From positions 39,494,001 through 39,558,000 of the forward strand of contig NC_043002.1 in the NCBI RefSeq assembly GCF_006345805.1: DNA of 64,000 nucleotides. The letters are read 5' to 3'. This document shows, one piece after another, positions 52,083 to 64,000 of the stretch. Every line of letters starts with the position of its first letter. The stretch's first letter is position 1. Under the pieces are notes generated by a model, which saw only the letters and a list, made by a program, of their open reading frames with translations, made no database searches and was not told where the DNA came from. This DNA is from Octopus sinensis. Its lineage: Eukaryota. The position numbers and the translations under genes were made by a program.

Positions 52083-52181
52083 TTTAATTGAACAATGCAA
52101 TCATTACATCAATTTAAAATGTAGAGCAATCTTCAGCTGCATGTTTTAAATTGATGTAATGATTGCATTGTTCAATTAAAT
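52082..52181. repeat. perfect 38-bp-arm hairpin
   Basis: 52082-52119 is the exact reverse complement of 52144-52181. Confidence 0.9.
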
Positions 52182-52766
52182 GGAGTCGCATGAAACAATC
52201 GTACTGCATTACCTCTGGATAGCCTTGTTGCTTATTTTGATTTTAATCACCATACTTTGAAATTGTATGGATAATACTGTACTAAATTCTGGTGCCTCAA
52301 CTTAAGTACCGTATTCATCTGAATCTAAATTTTTACTGAACTCATATATATATATATATACATATGTATATATTTATGTGTGTGTGCTTGTGTCTGTGTT
52401 TGGCACCACTACCATCGCTTAACAACTGATGTAGGTGTGTTTATGTTCCTGTCACTTAGCAGTTCAACAGAAGTGATCAATAGAATAAGCACCAGGTTTG
52501 CAAAGATGAACTCCTATGGTCAATTTGTACAAATAAAAGGCAGTGCTCCAGCATGGCCACAGTCAAATGACTGAAACAAGTAAAAGAATAAAAGAATATA
52601 TATATACAATTGCAGCATTGCAGGTGTTTATAAGCCATTTAAAAAACACACAAAAACTGTTAGATTTACTTCAACATTTAAATTTAATTTGTGTCAAGGT
52701 ATTTTTGTCGCTTTGAAACCTCAACCTGTTCTCTGACAAAATTCCATACACACACACAAACACACA

Positions 52767-52797
<31 letters not shown>

Positions 52798-53153
52798 CAC
52801 ACCACACACACACACACATGCATATATACATACATATTCAAACAAACAAACACATTCAAACACGCCCACATATGTCTTTATCTATGTATTTGATATTTAT
52901 ATGACTCTGACACAAATACAATTGTATTCATGAAATAGGATCACTGGAGCATAGGCAAGAAAACACCATTTCATTAATTGGGAATCAGTAAATTATACGA
53001 TTTCAGTCATAGCAACAGTGATTTTCTGATAGATACCAGTGTCTTGTAGCCAGTGCAGAATAACAGGATACATATACATATATACATACATACATACATA
53101 CATGCATACATACATACATACATACATACATACATACATACATGTATATATAT

Positions 53154-53233
<80 letters not shown>

Positions 53234-53241
53234 ACATATAC

Positions 53242-53272
<31 letters not shown>

Positions 53273-53460
53273 CATATATATACACATATATATATACATA
53301 TATATATATACATATATATATACATATATATATATATATACATATATATACATAGATATATATGTATGTATGTATGTATGTATAGATATGTATGTATATG
53401 TATGTATATATATATGTATATATATGTATATATATATGTGTATATATATATTATATATAT

Positions 53461-53492
<32 letters not shown>

Positions 53493-53499
53493 AGAAGAG

Positions 53500-54300
53500 T
53501 GTTTATAATTATGAATAAATCACAATTATTAATTGTTTATGATATATCCTTCACAATATATCTTCTCTCTTAACAATGCTCCACATGTAATAGTCCAATG
53601 GATTGAAATCTGGGGAATTAGCAGGCCAAATGCTAAGAGCTATGTGATCATGAAAATTTTCAGCCATCCATTCCTGTGTTACTGGAGCCATGTGTGACAA
53701 TGCAGAGTGTTACTGAAACACATGTGGCCTTCCATTGCATACAGTTTAACAAGGGTTTAACAATTGTTTCCAGGACCTCAATGTAGGCGGCAGAGTTGAC
53801 TCTAAGGCCTTGTGGAAAGAAGTAAGGAGGCATCACATGTCCTTCATTGCTGACAACACCTAAAACCATGACAGTTGCAGGAAAATTTTGTATGCACAAC
53901 ACTTGGAACTTCAGAAGGGTCTGCACATAACCATCTGTCATTTCTCCTGCTGATATTTTGATCTTGGTGAAAGTTTTCCTCGTTTAAGAAAAACCAAGTG
54001 AAATCTGTTAAATTTTTCAGTTTCTTTAAAAACCTTTTAGATCTGTTATAGTGATTTTCTTTACTTTTTCTAACAAATTGACCCTTTCTCATCATATAAA
54101 ACTTATAAATGATGTCTTTGTGGACAACATTTCTGGCTGTTCCTTCTGACACATGGAGATCTTTTGCATTTGATCTCATTAACTTTCTGGGATTGTACTC
54201 ACACTTTCTGTTGTGTTGTTGCTTTTATTGATCACATAAAGCAAAATATGCCGAATATGCTCCTTTGTCACATCCATTATAGCTTTGAAAAAATGACTGT
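53500..54300 (-). mobile_element. Tc1/mariner (maT-like) transposase pseudogene
   Basis: MVLGVVSNEGHVMPPYFFPQGLRVNSAAYIEVL and WPANSPDFNPLDYYMW motifs, frameshifted. Confidence 0.85.
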
Positions 54301-54417
54301 TAAAATCGAACAGTGTTCTTTAAAACTTGCACTAAGAATAAGTACCAGGTAAAATTACTACCTGCCTTTATAGCAAGCTGATGCAAGTAGTTTATCCTGT
54401 TCCCCTCTGACTTTCAG

Positions 54418-54464
54418 TTCGTGGATTTGAAAAAAACCATGTTATTTATGAAATGACCCAATAT
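54418..54464 (+). CDS. candidate 47-nt internal exon (xRGFEKNHVIYEMTQY) of an unidentified gene
   Basis: Strong acceptor cctgttcccctctgactttcag, donor TAT|gtatgt, exactly one open frame. Confidence 0.45.
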
Positions 54465-54826
54465 GTATGTATGTATGTATGTATGTAGTATGTATGTATG
54501 TATGTATGTATGTATGTATGTATGTATGGATGGATGGATGTATGGATGGATGGATGGATGAATTGATGGATGGATGAATGGATGTAAACCTTGAGAAATT
54601 GAAAGATGTGCCATTCTAATGCACAGTGTATAAGGATATAATGAAATTAGATTTATTTTCCATTTCTGATTCTATGTTAGACGGAAAACATTTCCAGTAG
54701 TCAATGGATGATCAATGGAAATAGATAGCATTTGAAAAATGATGCTAAGGGGATTGTGCGTTCACATGAATAACTGGATCTATGTATTCTATATATATAC
54801 ATATATATATAAATATATATGTGTGT

Positions 54827-54869
<43 letters not shown>

Positions 54870-54871
<2 letters not shown>

Positions 54872-55236
54872 CATCCGAGCGTGGCCGTCTGCCAGCCTCG
54901 TCTGGCACCTGTGTCGGTGGCACATAAAAAAAAAAAACACCATCCGAGCGTGGCCGTCTGCCAGCCTCGTCTGGCACCTGTGTCGGTGGCACATAAAAAA
55001 CACCATCCGAGCGTGGCCGTTTGCCAGCCTCGTCTGGCACCTGTGTCGGTGGCACATAAAATCACCCACTACACTCTCGGAGTGGTTGGCGTTAGGAAGG
55101 GCATCCAGCTGTAGAAACACTGCCAGATCTGACTGGACTGGTGCAGCTTTCGGGCTCCCCAGACCCCAGTTGAACCGTCCAACCCATGCTAGCATGGAAA
55201 GCGGACGTTAAATGATGATGATGATGATGATGATGA
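54870..55236 (+). mobile_element. family R copy with three tandem ~60-bp units
   Basis: ccatccgagcgtggccgtctgccagcctcgtctggcacctgtgtcggtggcacataaaa x3. Confidence 0.9.
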
Positions 55237-55914
55237 CACACTCAGGGGTCAATGACATTAAGTCTGAATCAGGCAAAATGCAGAGACATAAAAATAAAAT
55301 AAAATATTTTTTAAGAGGAAGCACATTTCCATGTAAAATTATACACTCCCATGTGTATACAGTCCTTCGAAAAAGGATATTAGTAGGATTGCCCCATTAG
55401 ATCATTATCATTGGTCAACATCATCATCGTCATCAACATCGTTATCATTGTCATTGTTGTCATCATCATCACCACTACCACCACCATTATCATCATCATC
55501 ACCATGATCATCATTACTATCATTATCATCACCATTGCCATTGTCATCGTCATCATCAACTTCATTCTGCTGCCCACTCACCCAATGCTTGCATGGGTTA
55601 GAGGAAACGCATTGAGATAGATTTTCTACAACTGGATGCCCTTCCTGTCACCAAACCTTATTTGTTACCGAGTAGAGTAATATTTCCCCAAGGCCAGACA
55701 TGTTTTTATGGAAGACTGGAAATAAATAACATAGCTTGACTGATAGTGACACTCTTTTACAACAACTGCACAATGCCAAGACTAGGAAACACAAACACTC
55801 CCATGCACAAACACACACACATATACACATATATACATATATATAGATATATATACATATATACATATACATATATACATATACATATGCATATATACAT
55901 ACATACATACATAC

Positions 55915-55959
<45 letters not shown>

Positions 55960-55999
55960 TACATACATACATACATACATATATATATATATATAACGG

Positions 56000-56510
56000 A
56001 TGGTAAAAAACACCATCTGTTCGTGGCTGTTGCCAGCCTCGCCTGGCCCCCGTGCCGGTGGCATGTAAAAAGCACCATCCGATCATGGTCATTTGCCAGC
56101 CTCGTCTGGCACCTGTGCCAGTGGCACGTAAAAAGCACCCACTACATTCACGGAGTGGTTGGCGTTAGGAAGGGCATCCAGCTGTAGAAACACTGCCAGA
56201 TCAGACTGGAGCCTGGTGCAGCCTCCTGGCTGCCCAGACCTGGTCAAACCGTCCAATCCATGCGAGCATGGAAAGCAGACGCTAAACGATGATGATGATA
56301 TATATATATCATCATCATCATCATTTAACGTCCGTTTTCCATGCTAGCATGGGTTGGACGGTTCGACCGGGGTCTGGTAAGCCATGGAGGCTTCACCAGG
56401 CTCCAGTCTGGTTTGGCAGTGTTTCTACAGCTGGATGCCCTTCCTAACGTCATCCACTCTGTGAGTGGAGTGGGTGTTTTTTACGTACCACCAGCACAGG
56501 GGGAAGAGGA
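56000..56510. mobile_element. tail-to-tail pair of family R copies
   Basis: Plus copy 56000-56297 and minus copy 56310-56510 around a short (TA)n. Confidence 0.85.
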
Positions 56511-56544
56511 GTCTAGCAAACGGCCACAATTGGTTGGTATATAT

Positions 56545-57660
56545 ATAAAGGTGTAGGTAGAAACTCCCTAAGATATACCCAGAGTAAGCTATGGACACAT
56601 AAGAGATGCAACAACATTAAAGGAAGATTAGCTTTCATGTGCAGCAGATGCACAGGGGCAATAAACACCACAGATGCTCAGAAAACAGATTCCATCACAC
56701 TCCAGGGGGAGAAACAAGAAGTAGTTGATAGCTTCCACTACCTAGGTGACCAAGTTTGTAGTGGGGGTGGATGCTTAGAGAGTGTTACCACTAGAATATT
56801 AATTGGCTGGGTGAAGTTCAGACAGCTTCTACCCTTACAGGGGACAAAGGGCCTCTCACTCAGAGTGAAAGGTAGATTGTACGATGCATATGTGCGAACA
56901 GCCATGCTTCACAGCAGCGAAACATGGGGTGAGACTGCTGAAGAAATGCATAGGCTCGAAAGAAATGAAGCTAGCATGATCCGCTGGATGTGTAATGTCA
57001 GTGTGCACACAAGACAGAGTGTAAGCACCCTGAGATAAATGTTGGACATAAAAAGCATCAGATGTGGTGTGCAAGAGAGACATTTGCATTGGTATGGTCA
57101 TGTACTACCGATGGATGAGGAGAGCTGTGTGTAAAGTGTCACTCCCAAACAGTGGAAGGAATCCGGATTAGAGAGAGACCCAGGAAGACATGGGATGAGG
57201 TGTGAGGCATGACCTTCGAATGGTGGGCTTCACAGAGGCAATGACGAAAGACCGAGACCTCTGGAGATATGCTGTGACTAAGAAGACCTGGCAAATAAAG
57301 TGAGATCACAGCTGTAACTTACACCAGTTTTGCATAACCAGCCCACTTAAAAAATACCTCTGGATCATAGGACGACATGCCATGATTGAGGAGACCTATT
57401 GAGTTAAGCGCATCAAAATCAAAATTAAATCAAATCAAATGACAAATGGAAACTGTAGTTGTGGTCCCTGTGCCAATGGCACGTAAAAAGCACCCACTAC
57501 ACTCTTGGAGTGGTTTGTGTTAGGAAGGGTATCCAGGTGTAGAAACACTGCCAGATCAGACTGGAGCCTGGTGCAGCCTTCTGATTTCCCAGACTCTATT
57601 CAAACAGTTCAATCCATGCCAGTATGGAAAACGGACGTTAAATGATGATGATGATGATGA
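56545..57660 (+). mobile_element. 5'-truncated, diverged RTE LINE
   Basis: EVVDSFHYLGDQV...RTAMLHSSETW; 3' UTR and (ATG)n tail. Confidence 0.9.
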
Positions 57661-57665
57661 TATAC

Positions 57666-57706
<41 letters not shown>

Positions 57707-57746
57707 ACACACACACATATATTTATATATATATATATATACATAT

Positions 57747-57785
<39 letters not shown>

Positions 57786-57794
57786 CATACACAA

Positions 57795-57827
<33 letters not shown>

Positions 57828-58029
57828 CATATATACATATATATATAATGAGCTTCTTTCAGTTTCCATCGACCAGACCCCCTTGCAAGGCCTTTGGTCA
57901 GATCAGTGTTATAGTAGATGACATGTTTCCTAGGTACTACATGGAGGGACTGAACCTCAAACCACAAGGTTGAGAAACGAATTTCTTAAAAATACTGCCA
58001 TGCATACACCTATCATATCTATTTTAATT

Positions 58030-58400
58030 TTTTGGAGTATCAATAGAATTTAATCATAAAAGAGCTCTCAATAAGAGTGACGAAATCAGTCTTAGGTGTA
58101 CACATACAAATCTTTGTATATGTCTGTGTGACCTTGAACATCTGTAAACTTATGTAAAACCCTATCAATGCTATGGAGATGTGGTTCTTTGAAATAAATG
58201 TTGAATGCTGAAGATATCCGGTATGAATAGAATAAGAAATGTCAAAAGCCTTTGATGAGCAGAAATCATTCGAAATTTTTGTAACAGCATAAGGAGGCAA
58301 CAGAATATTTTCAGTGGACATCATATGAGAGGTCAAAGCCTTGAGATGAAGATAGTAGGTGAGAGAAGATATTTGATGAACTTGCTAGTTGGTTACAGAG
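58030..58400 (+). pseudogene. old RTE-like RT C-terminal relic
   Basis: MEMWF...LKIS...RIRN and IRRQQNIFSGHHMR-like motifs across frames. Confidence 0.45.
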
Positions 58401-58663
58401 AAACCAATCCAATAGCTTCCTAAGTCATATATGTGATGAATAGAGGACATGTTTGCCAGGACATGTAGGCAGGGCACACAAAGAAGAATCTTTTCATATT
58501 TTAAATGGACAGATGTGAGAAGCACTAGCCTTGCTATATAGTTTAGAAGTTTATTTCTCAACCATATGATTTTGGGTTCAATCTCACTGTGGCACCATGT
58601 GAGTGGATTTGGTTGACAGAAACTGAAATAAGCCCATTGCATGTATACGCATATGTATGTATG

Positions 58664-58933
58664 TATAATAATAATAATAATAATAATAAACATTGTGTAC
58701 AGTGCTCAGGTGCACTACAACTCATCTAAAGTGTATATATAATCAGGTGTAGTTTCGACGGATTTCGGAAAGCATGAGGGCCTTAAAGGATGCAGTGGCA
58801 TGGCAGTAAACAACTGACAAAGGCAGTTTATTCCATGCTTCAGCAACTCTGAGCGTGAAGAAATGTTTCCGAAAGTCATGGGAGCTGTGTTGTTTTCTGA
58901 CTTTGTAGGCATGTCCACGTGTGTTAGACACAT
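58664..58933 (-). mobile_element. CR1 3' end, same family as 23035-23655
   Basis: Near-identical to the reverse complement of 23390-23655. Confidence 0.92.
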
Positions 58934-59839
58934 AAAATGATGATGATCATCATCATCATTGTTTAATGTCCGCCTTCCATGCTGGTATGGGTTGGATGGT
59001 GTGACAGGAGCCTGCACCAGACTTCTGTGTCTGTTTTGGTAGGTTTTTATAGCTCAACGCCCTTCCTAACACCAATCAGCCAGCAGAGAGAGAGAGAGAC
59101 GAAGAGAGGGAGAGAGAGACGAAGAGAGGGAGAGAGAGAAAGAGAGAGGGAGAAAAATATATATGGAGGAGACCCCCTTCAGTCTGTTTAGACTGACTCT
59201 CCAGATGTAAATAGCTAAATAATATATATATACAAATATATATAATATACACGAGTGAGTGGATAAACGAAAGAAGGGCACTGAACAAATTTATTAGGAG
59301 TTACATGTATTGGATCAAAACAGTTTGATTCAAATTCATTGGTATTCTGAGTTTCAAGTGTGATGCTAGTCTTCAGCCATTTTGAATATGAATAGCTGGT
59401 TGCTATTACTGTAAGGTGGGCTGCGATTGGTCGCGGGAGGTTATACAGTGTTGTGGTTTGATGTTGGTATATTGGTAACAGTTAGTTGGAAAATACTGCA
59501 TTCATATGGTTTTGCATGCATGTCTGTATTGATTCTAGTGCGCACATCTGTATATGGGCTGCACATACACTCACCCACATACACACACACAGGTACACAC
59601 ACACACACACTCACTCACATAGACACATATATGAATGAATATGCATGCATGCACACACATGCATACATGTGCATACACACATGCAATACACATGTACACA
59701 CATGCATATTCATTTGTATGTACATATGTATATATGTGTGCATGCATGTACACATGCATGTACACATGCATACTAGTGTGCATGCACACATGCATGCATG
59801 TGCACACACACATGTGCATGCATGAGTATACATGTGCAT

Positions 59840-59935
59840 AACAAGCATTGAGGATTGGTAAGCATTGGGAATTGGTAAGCATTGGGGATTTGTAAGCATT
59901 GGGTTTTGGTAAGCATTGGGAATTGGTAATTGGCA
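59840..59935. repeat. short minisatellite gtaagcattggg(g)a(a)ttg x5
   Basis: Direct inspection. Confidence 0.85.
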
Positions 59936-59939
59936 GTCC

Positions 59940-60250
59940 TGCTCATGGAGTTAGTTGGTGGTGGTGACCTTGGTGCAGCTGATACCGGTTTGTCGGTAGT
60001 CAGAGGTTCGAAATTTGCCAGAAGGGCATGCCTCTTGTGACAGCAATAAGATAAATCGTGTTTCTTGTTGATGGATACAGCGGGCTGTTGGAGGATATGC
60101 AGTTTTTTGCAGAGGCAGAGCTGGCAGTTGATTGCGATCAGTTAACAATAGTCCACTTGATGCTGGGTGTTTTGTCTCAGAGGTCACAGAGCCTCCAGAG
60201 AAAACAAGACAGGGAAGTAAAGTTCTCTGTGTCCCTAGATCTGGTGCAGC
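59940..60250 (-). pseudogene. possible LINE ORF1 (gag-like) C-terminal relic
   Basis: Weak resemblance to the knuckle plus KxKxNLSY segment of I/Nimb-type ORF1. Confidence 0.25.
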
Positions 60251-60335
60251 TCCTCAACTTGCTAATCCTGATCGAACCATCTAACCCATGCCAGCATGGA
60301 CAATGGACGTTAAATGTTGATGATGATGGTATATA

Positions 60336-61213
60336 CAGGGTGCAGTGAGTAAATTGTCACCATTTTATAATTTTAATTTCGTGCATGCACATTGTTTGTT
60401 TTTGATTTTGTTGACTACACAGTATAGTAGGGCCAGTTGGGCACTCTCTGTGAGAAAAACATCACCATGACACAATTTACTCTGCCAGAAATTTGGAAAT
60501 GACATGCTGTACTGCTTGGCATTTGTGTCAGAAGCTCCAACACAAACATTTCAGAGTGTTTGGATGTCAATCTGAAGACAGTGAAATCTGAGGATGTGTA
60601 CCAAGAGTGATAAAAATCAAACATCCAGCCAACATTATAATGTTTGGAGTGATCACTAGTGATGGTGACGTTATGCCTTCATTCATCTTCCCACACAGCC
60701 TCAGACTCAACACAAAAGCCTACATCAAGTGCCTGGAGGAGGTAGTGTTGCCCTGGGTCAAGAGGGTGGCTGCTAGAAGATCCTATGTCTGGCAACAGGA
60801 CGCTACATCATGCCACACAAGTAAGAGGACCCAGTCATTGTTGTCAGACAATTCCTGTCACCACATCCTAATATCTGGCCACCTAACTCCTCTGGCTGCA
60901 ACCCCTTGATTATTATGTGTGGGTTGCAGTTGAACAAGAGACCAACAAAACTCCTTGTAACAGCAAATATGAACTGAAGGCAAGGATTATGGAGGCATTC
61001 ACAGACTTAAACAAAGAGACTTTTCAAAAGAGTTGCAAGAGATTCTGAAGCCATCTGGAGGCCGTGGTTGAAACCAATTTATTGAATAAATTTACTCGTT
61101 AGTATTTCAAGATATTTTTATGTAATTTTGGTAAATATATTTGTTAAAATGAGATGTCAGTGTAATTTTCCATTTTTGCATAATTTAGACAACAGTCTAT
61201 TCACTACACCCTG
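60336..61213 (+). mobile_element. internally deleted Tc1/mariner (maT-like) element
   Basis: TIR CAGGGTGCAGTGAGTAAA / TATTCACTACACCCTG, 5' TA; KHPANIIMFGVITSDGDVMP, WQQDATSCH and NPLDYYVW motifs. Confidence 0.88.
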
Positions 61214-61429
61214 TGTATATATCATCTTCATTATCATCCTCATCATCATAATCATCATAATCATTTAATGTCTGCCTTCCATGCTGACATGGGTTGGACA
61301 GTTTGATAGGAGCAGGCCAGCCAGAAGCCTGCATTTGACTTCTGTGTCTGTTTCGGCAGGGTTTTTATGGCTGGATGCACTTCCTAACACCAACCAAGCA
61401 ACAGAGTGGACTATGTATACACACACACA

Positions 61430-61460
<31 letters not shown>

Positions 61461-61794
61461 CATTCCTTTACCTGTTTCATCTTGCAAGCTATGCCCATGG
61501 CAGGGTACTACCATCCTCTAGCAGGACACAAACCTGTAATATCCACCTTATCTATTGCGCCATAGATATACATATATATTTATGTGATAATATATAAATG
61601 TACGTGTGTGCGTGGGTGGATGGGTGAGAGGTTGCGGTATGTGTGTGCCTAAATGGTTGTTTTAAATTACAGTAAAACTTCAAAGGATCCGAGTCTTTAA
61701 TATACTGTGTATTGCTGTATGAATTTTTATCTCAAATAATTAATTTTCGGAACATTTGTTATTGTTGTACTTGTTGGTGGTTTTGGTAGTGGTA

Positions 61795-62290
61795 GAAAGA
61801 GGAGGAGGAGGAAGAGGGGGAAGAGAAGAAGAGGACAAAGGAAAGGCAGGGAGGAGAAAGGATAGTGGAGGAAGAGGAGAAGGAAGAGGGGAGGAGGAGG
61901 GAGCAAGGAGAAGAAGAGGGGAGAAAGGGGAAGAGGAAAAGGAGAGGAGATGGAGGAGGAAAGGTGGAAGAAAAGGAAGAAAAAGAGGAAGAGGAGAAGG
62001 CAGAAAAGAAAAGGAGGAAGAAGAGGAAGAGAAGTAGGAGGAAGAGGAGAAGGCAGAAAAGAAAAGGAGGAAGAAGAGGAAGAGAAGTAGGAGGAAGAGA
62101 AGGAGGAGGAAAATAAACAGGAGGAAGAGGAGGAGGAGGAAAAGAAGCAGGAGGATGAGGAAAAGAAACAGGAGGAAGAGGAGGAAGAGGAAAAGAAGCA
62201 GGAGGATGAGGAAAAGAAACAGGAGGGGGATGAGGAGGAAGAAAAAAAACAGGTGGAGGAGTAGGAAGAAGAGGAGAGAACATAGGAAAG
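61795..62290. repeat. ~500-bp near-pure purine (GAG/AAG) tract
   Basis: Direct inspection; contains internal ~50-bp direct repeats. Confidence 0.9.
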
Positions 62291-62517
62291 CTTGCACCTA
62301 CCTCTCTGCCAATGTGAGAGTGGTTCCTAGGTACTGTTCAGTTTAAGCAAAGTGTTTGGATTGATTGTGTTATCTCAGGTTTTTGTAAATAATATTCTGA
62401 ATCACCAAAAATAATTTTTTGCTTTTTTCTCTTAACTTCCGTTTGATGTCCAAATTGGTGCAAGATATATTAATATCATATTGAGAGAAACAAGAATCAA
62501 TTAATTGAATTATAAAA

Positions 62518-62580
<63 letters not shown>

Positions 62581-62701
62581 CAATGATGATGATAATAAAT
62601 AAATAAATAAAAGGATAGAAAAAAGAGGGTGAACAACTGAAGAATAATTTCAGAGTATTTATCAAGAGTTTTTTTTACTCTAATTAAAATATATTTTCTA
62701 G

Positions 62702-62728
62702 GCAACGGAAGGTCGGCAAAGCAACGAG
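62702..62728 (+). CDS. candidate 27-nt microexon (ATEGRQSNE)
   Basis: Branch-like ctaat, ttttctag acceptor, weaker GAG|gtctgc donor; CpG-rich island in AT-rich flanks. Confidence 0.25.
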
Positions 62729-63854
62729 GTCTGCCTGTTATTGTTTAAAATGATATTTTTTTACTGGATTGATGAACCAATAAGCAGGTTATATGGTTTT
62801 GTGAATAGAAGATAATATGTTGAGTGGAAAAAAGAGTTATTTTGTTGTTAATGAAAAAGGAAGAATAAAAATGTAAGGAGAGCAGTGAGATTAGATCTCT
62901 GGATTGCAGTGCCTTATTGACCTGACAAGTTGATAAAACATTGAAATGAGTACAATGTGAAATGTGTGGCAATATGCTGTATGGCATAGACCCCTGCCAA
63001 CCCTTGCCACTCTGAGCAAAAAAACAAAAAACAAAAAAAATAAGCCGGATATTAAAACATTGATGATGATGACAGTTTTATTAAAACAACTTCATTCTTG
63101 ATTGGTCAGTATCAGATATATATATGCAGGAGTGCTATGAGGGCCAAAATAGCAAGACATTAAAAATAATAAAAAGAAAACCAGAAAATTATAGTTAATA
63201 GCATTCATAGAAACTATCGATGGTAATCAGTGTATAAGTCATGGCTGGCAGTGAGAATTTCCTGTTTAGCAATTAAATTGCCGACTTTACGTCTAGCTAG
63301 TTGAAAACAATGGCAAATGTCCACATTCCCAGAATTAGCAAAAGCTAACCAGGAAGCTGACAAGATTTTGGAAAATACAAGCGATAATGAGTCCTGCTCT
63401 AATTCATCATATAACATTCCAATTTACATTTTTTTAGGGTTTTGTTTTTAAATTTCCAATCTAACCCATACTAACACATACCAGCAATACCCTTTCAAGT
63501 ATCTCAGTGTATAGCTAGAGTGTGTGGCACTTTGAGTTTTCTGCCTTAGCAGCCCTGGCTCCATAAACAGGTTTATACAGCAGACCCAAAAGTGTCACTC
63601 CCATAAAAGAGTTGCTCAGGGTGGAACCCTCTCCCCAACTACCAACTATGATTTCTCCCCTCCCAGGTCATGTTACTGAAGTAACTATCCTAACAAGTTA
63701 ACAAAGAAGTGTCTGTGCCATGTAGGAAACACTTTGCTCACAGGCAAGATTTTCTCCTCAGTCCTCTTTCATATTTGAAACTGCCAAGTGACAAAGTCTC
63801 CAAAAATCTGTTTGAGGAAAAAAAGTGATTTAAGCCATAAGACCAAAATGATAA

Positions 63855-64000
63855 TTTAACCCTTTTGTTACTATATTCCTCTTGAAACATGCTGCATTTG
63901 TCTCCATTAATTTTGAAATAATACAGAATGTAGTAAAATAACTTTGCCATTATTAAGCTAATGTTTGGAACTTAGATTAACATAAAGTTTCAATGGTAGG
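63855..64000 (+). mobile_element. start of a second piggyBac-type MITE family
   Basis: TTAA-CCCTTTTGTTAC left end; runs off the window. Confidence 0.5.

Noticed and set aside
431-59899. Dozens of ORFs rich in YI/IY, CV/VC, HT/TH and MY repeats
   Set aside because: They are translations of (TA)n, (CA)n and (CATA)n microsatellites and SINE bodies, not genes.
61740-62346. Glu/Lys/Arg-rich and Leu/Phe-rich ORFs
   Set aside because: A purine tract lacks stop codons by composition.
63214-63417. 67-aa minus-strand ORF in unique DNA
   Set aside because: No recognisable motif and no credible splice sites.

Overview
AT-rich, very repeat-dense eukaryotic genomic DNA. The repeat families and microsatellite load resemble an octopod cephalopod (inference). 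There is no complete host gene; three short + strand candidate exons (43426-43467, 54418-54464, 62702-62728) suggest the window may be mostly intron. Most listed ORFs are microsatellite artefacts. Recognisable content: a near full-length RTE LINE with a PHD-like finger inside its RT (24075-27807) and two truncated copies, a Penelope-like RT fragment, CR1 and Dong/R4 3' ends, two Tc1/mariner relics, a solo LTR, piggyBac-type MITEs, a Helitron-like element, and dozens of tRNA-derived SINEs. The most striking signal is a set of hammerhead ribozyme motifs: a 156-bp-arm palindrome with one hammerhead on each strand (38186-38518), a tRNA-headed SINE-like element carrying a minimal hammerhead (49094-49367), and half-hammerheads at the Penelope RT end and inside (TA)n arrays. 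Together these suggest a Penelope-driven family of small ribozyme-bearing retroelements. All calls are by-eye, and most repeat boundaries are approximate.
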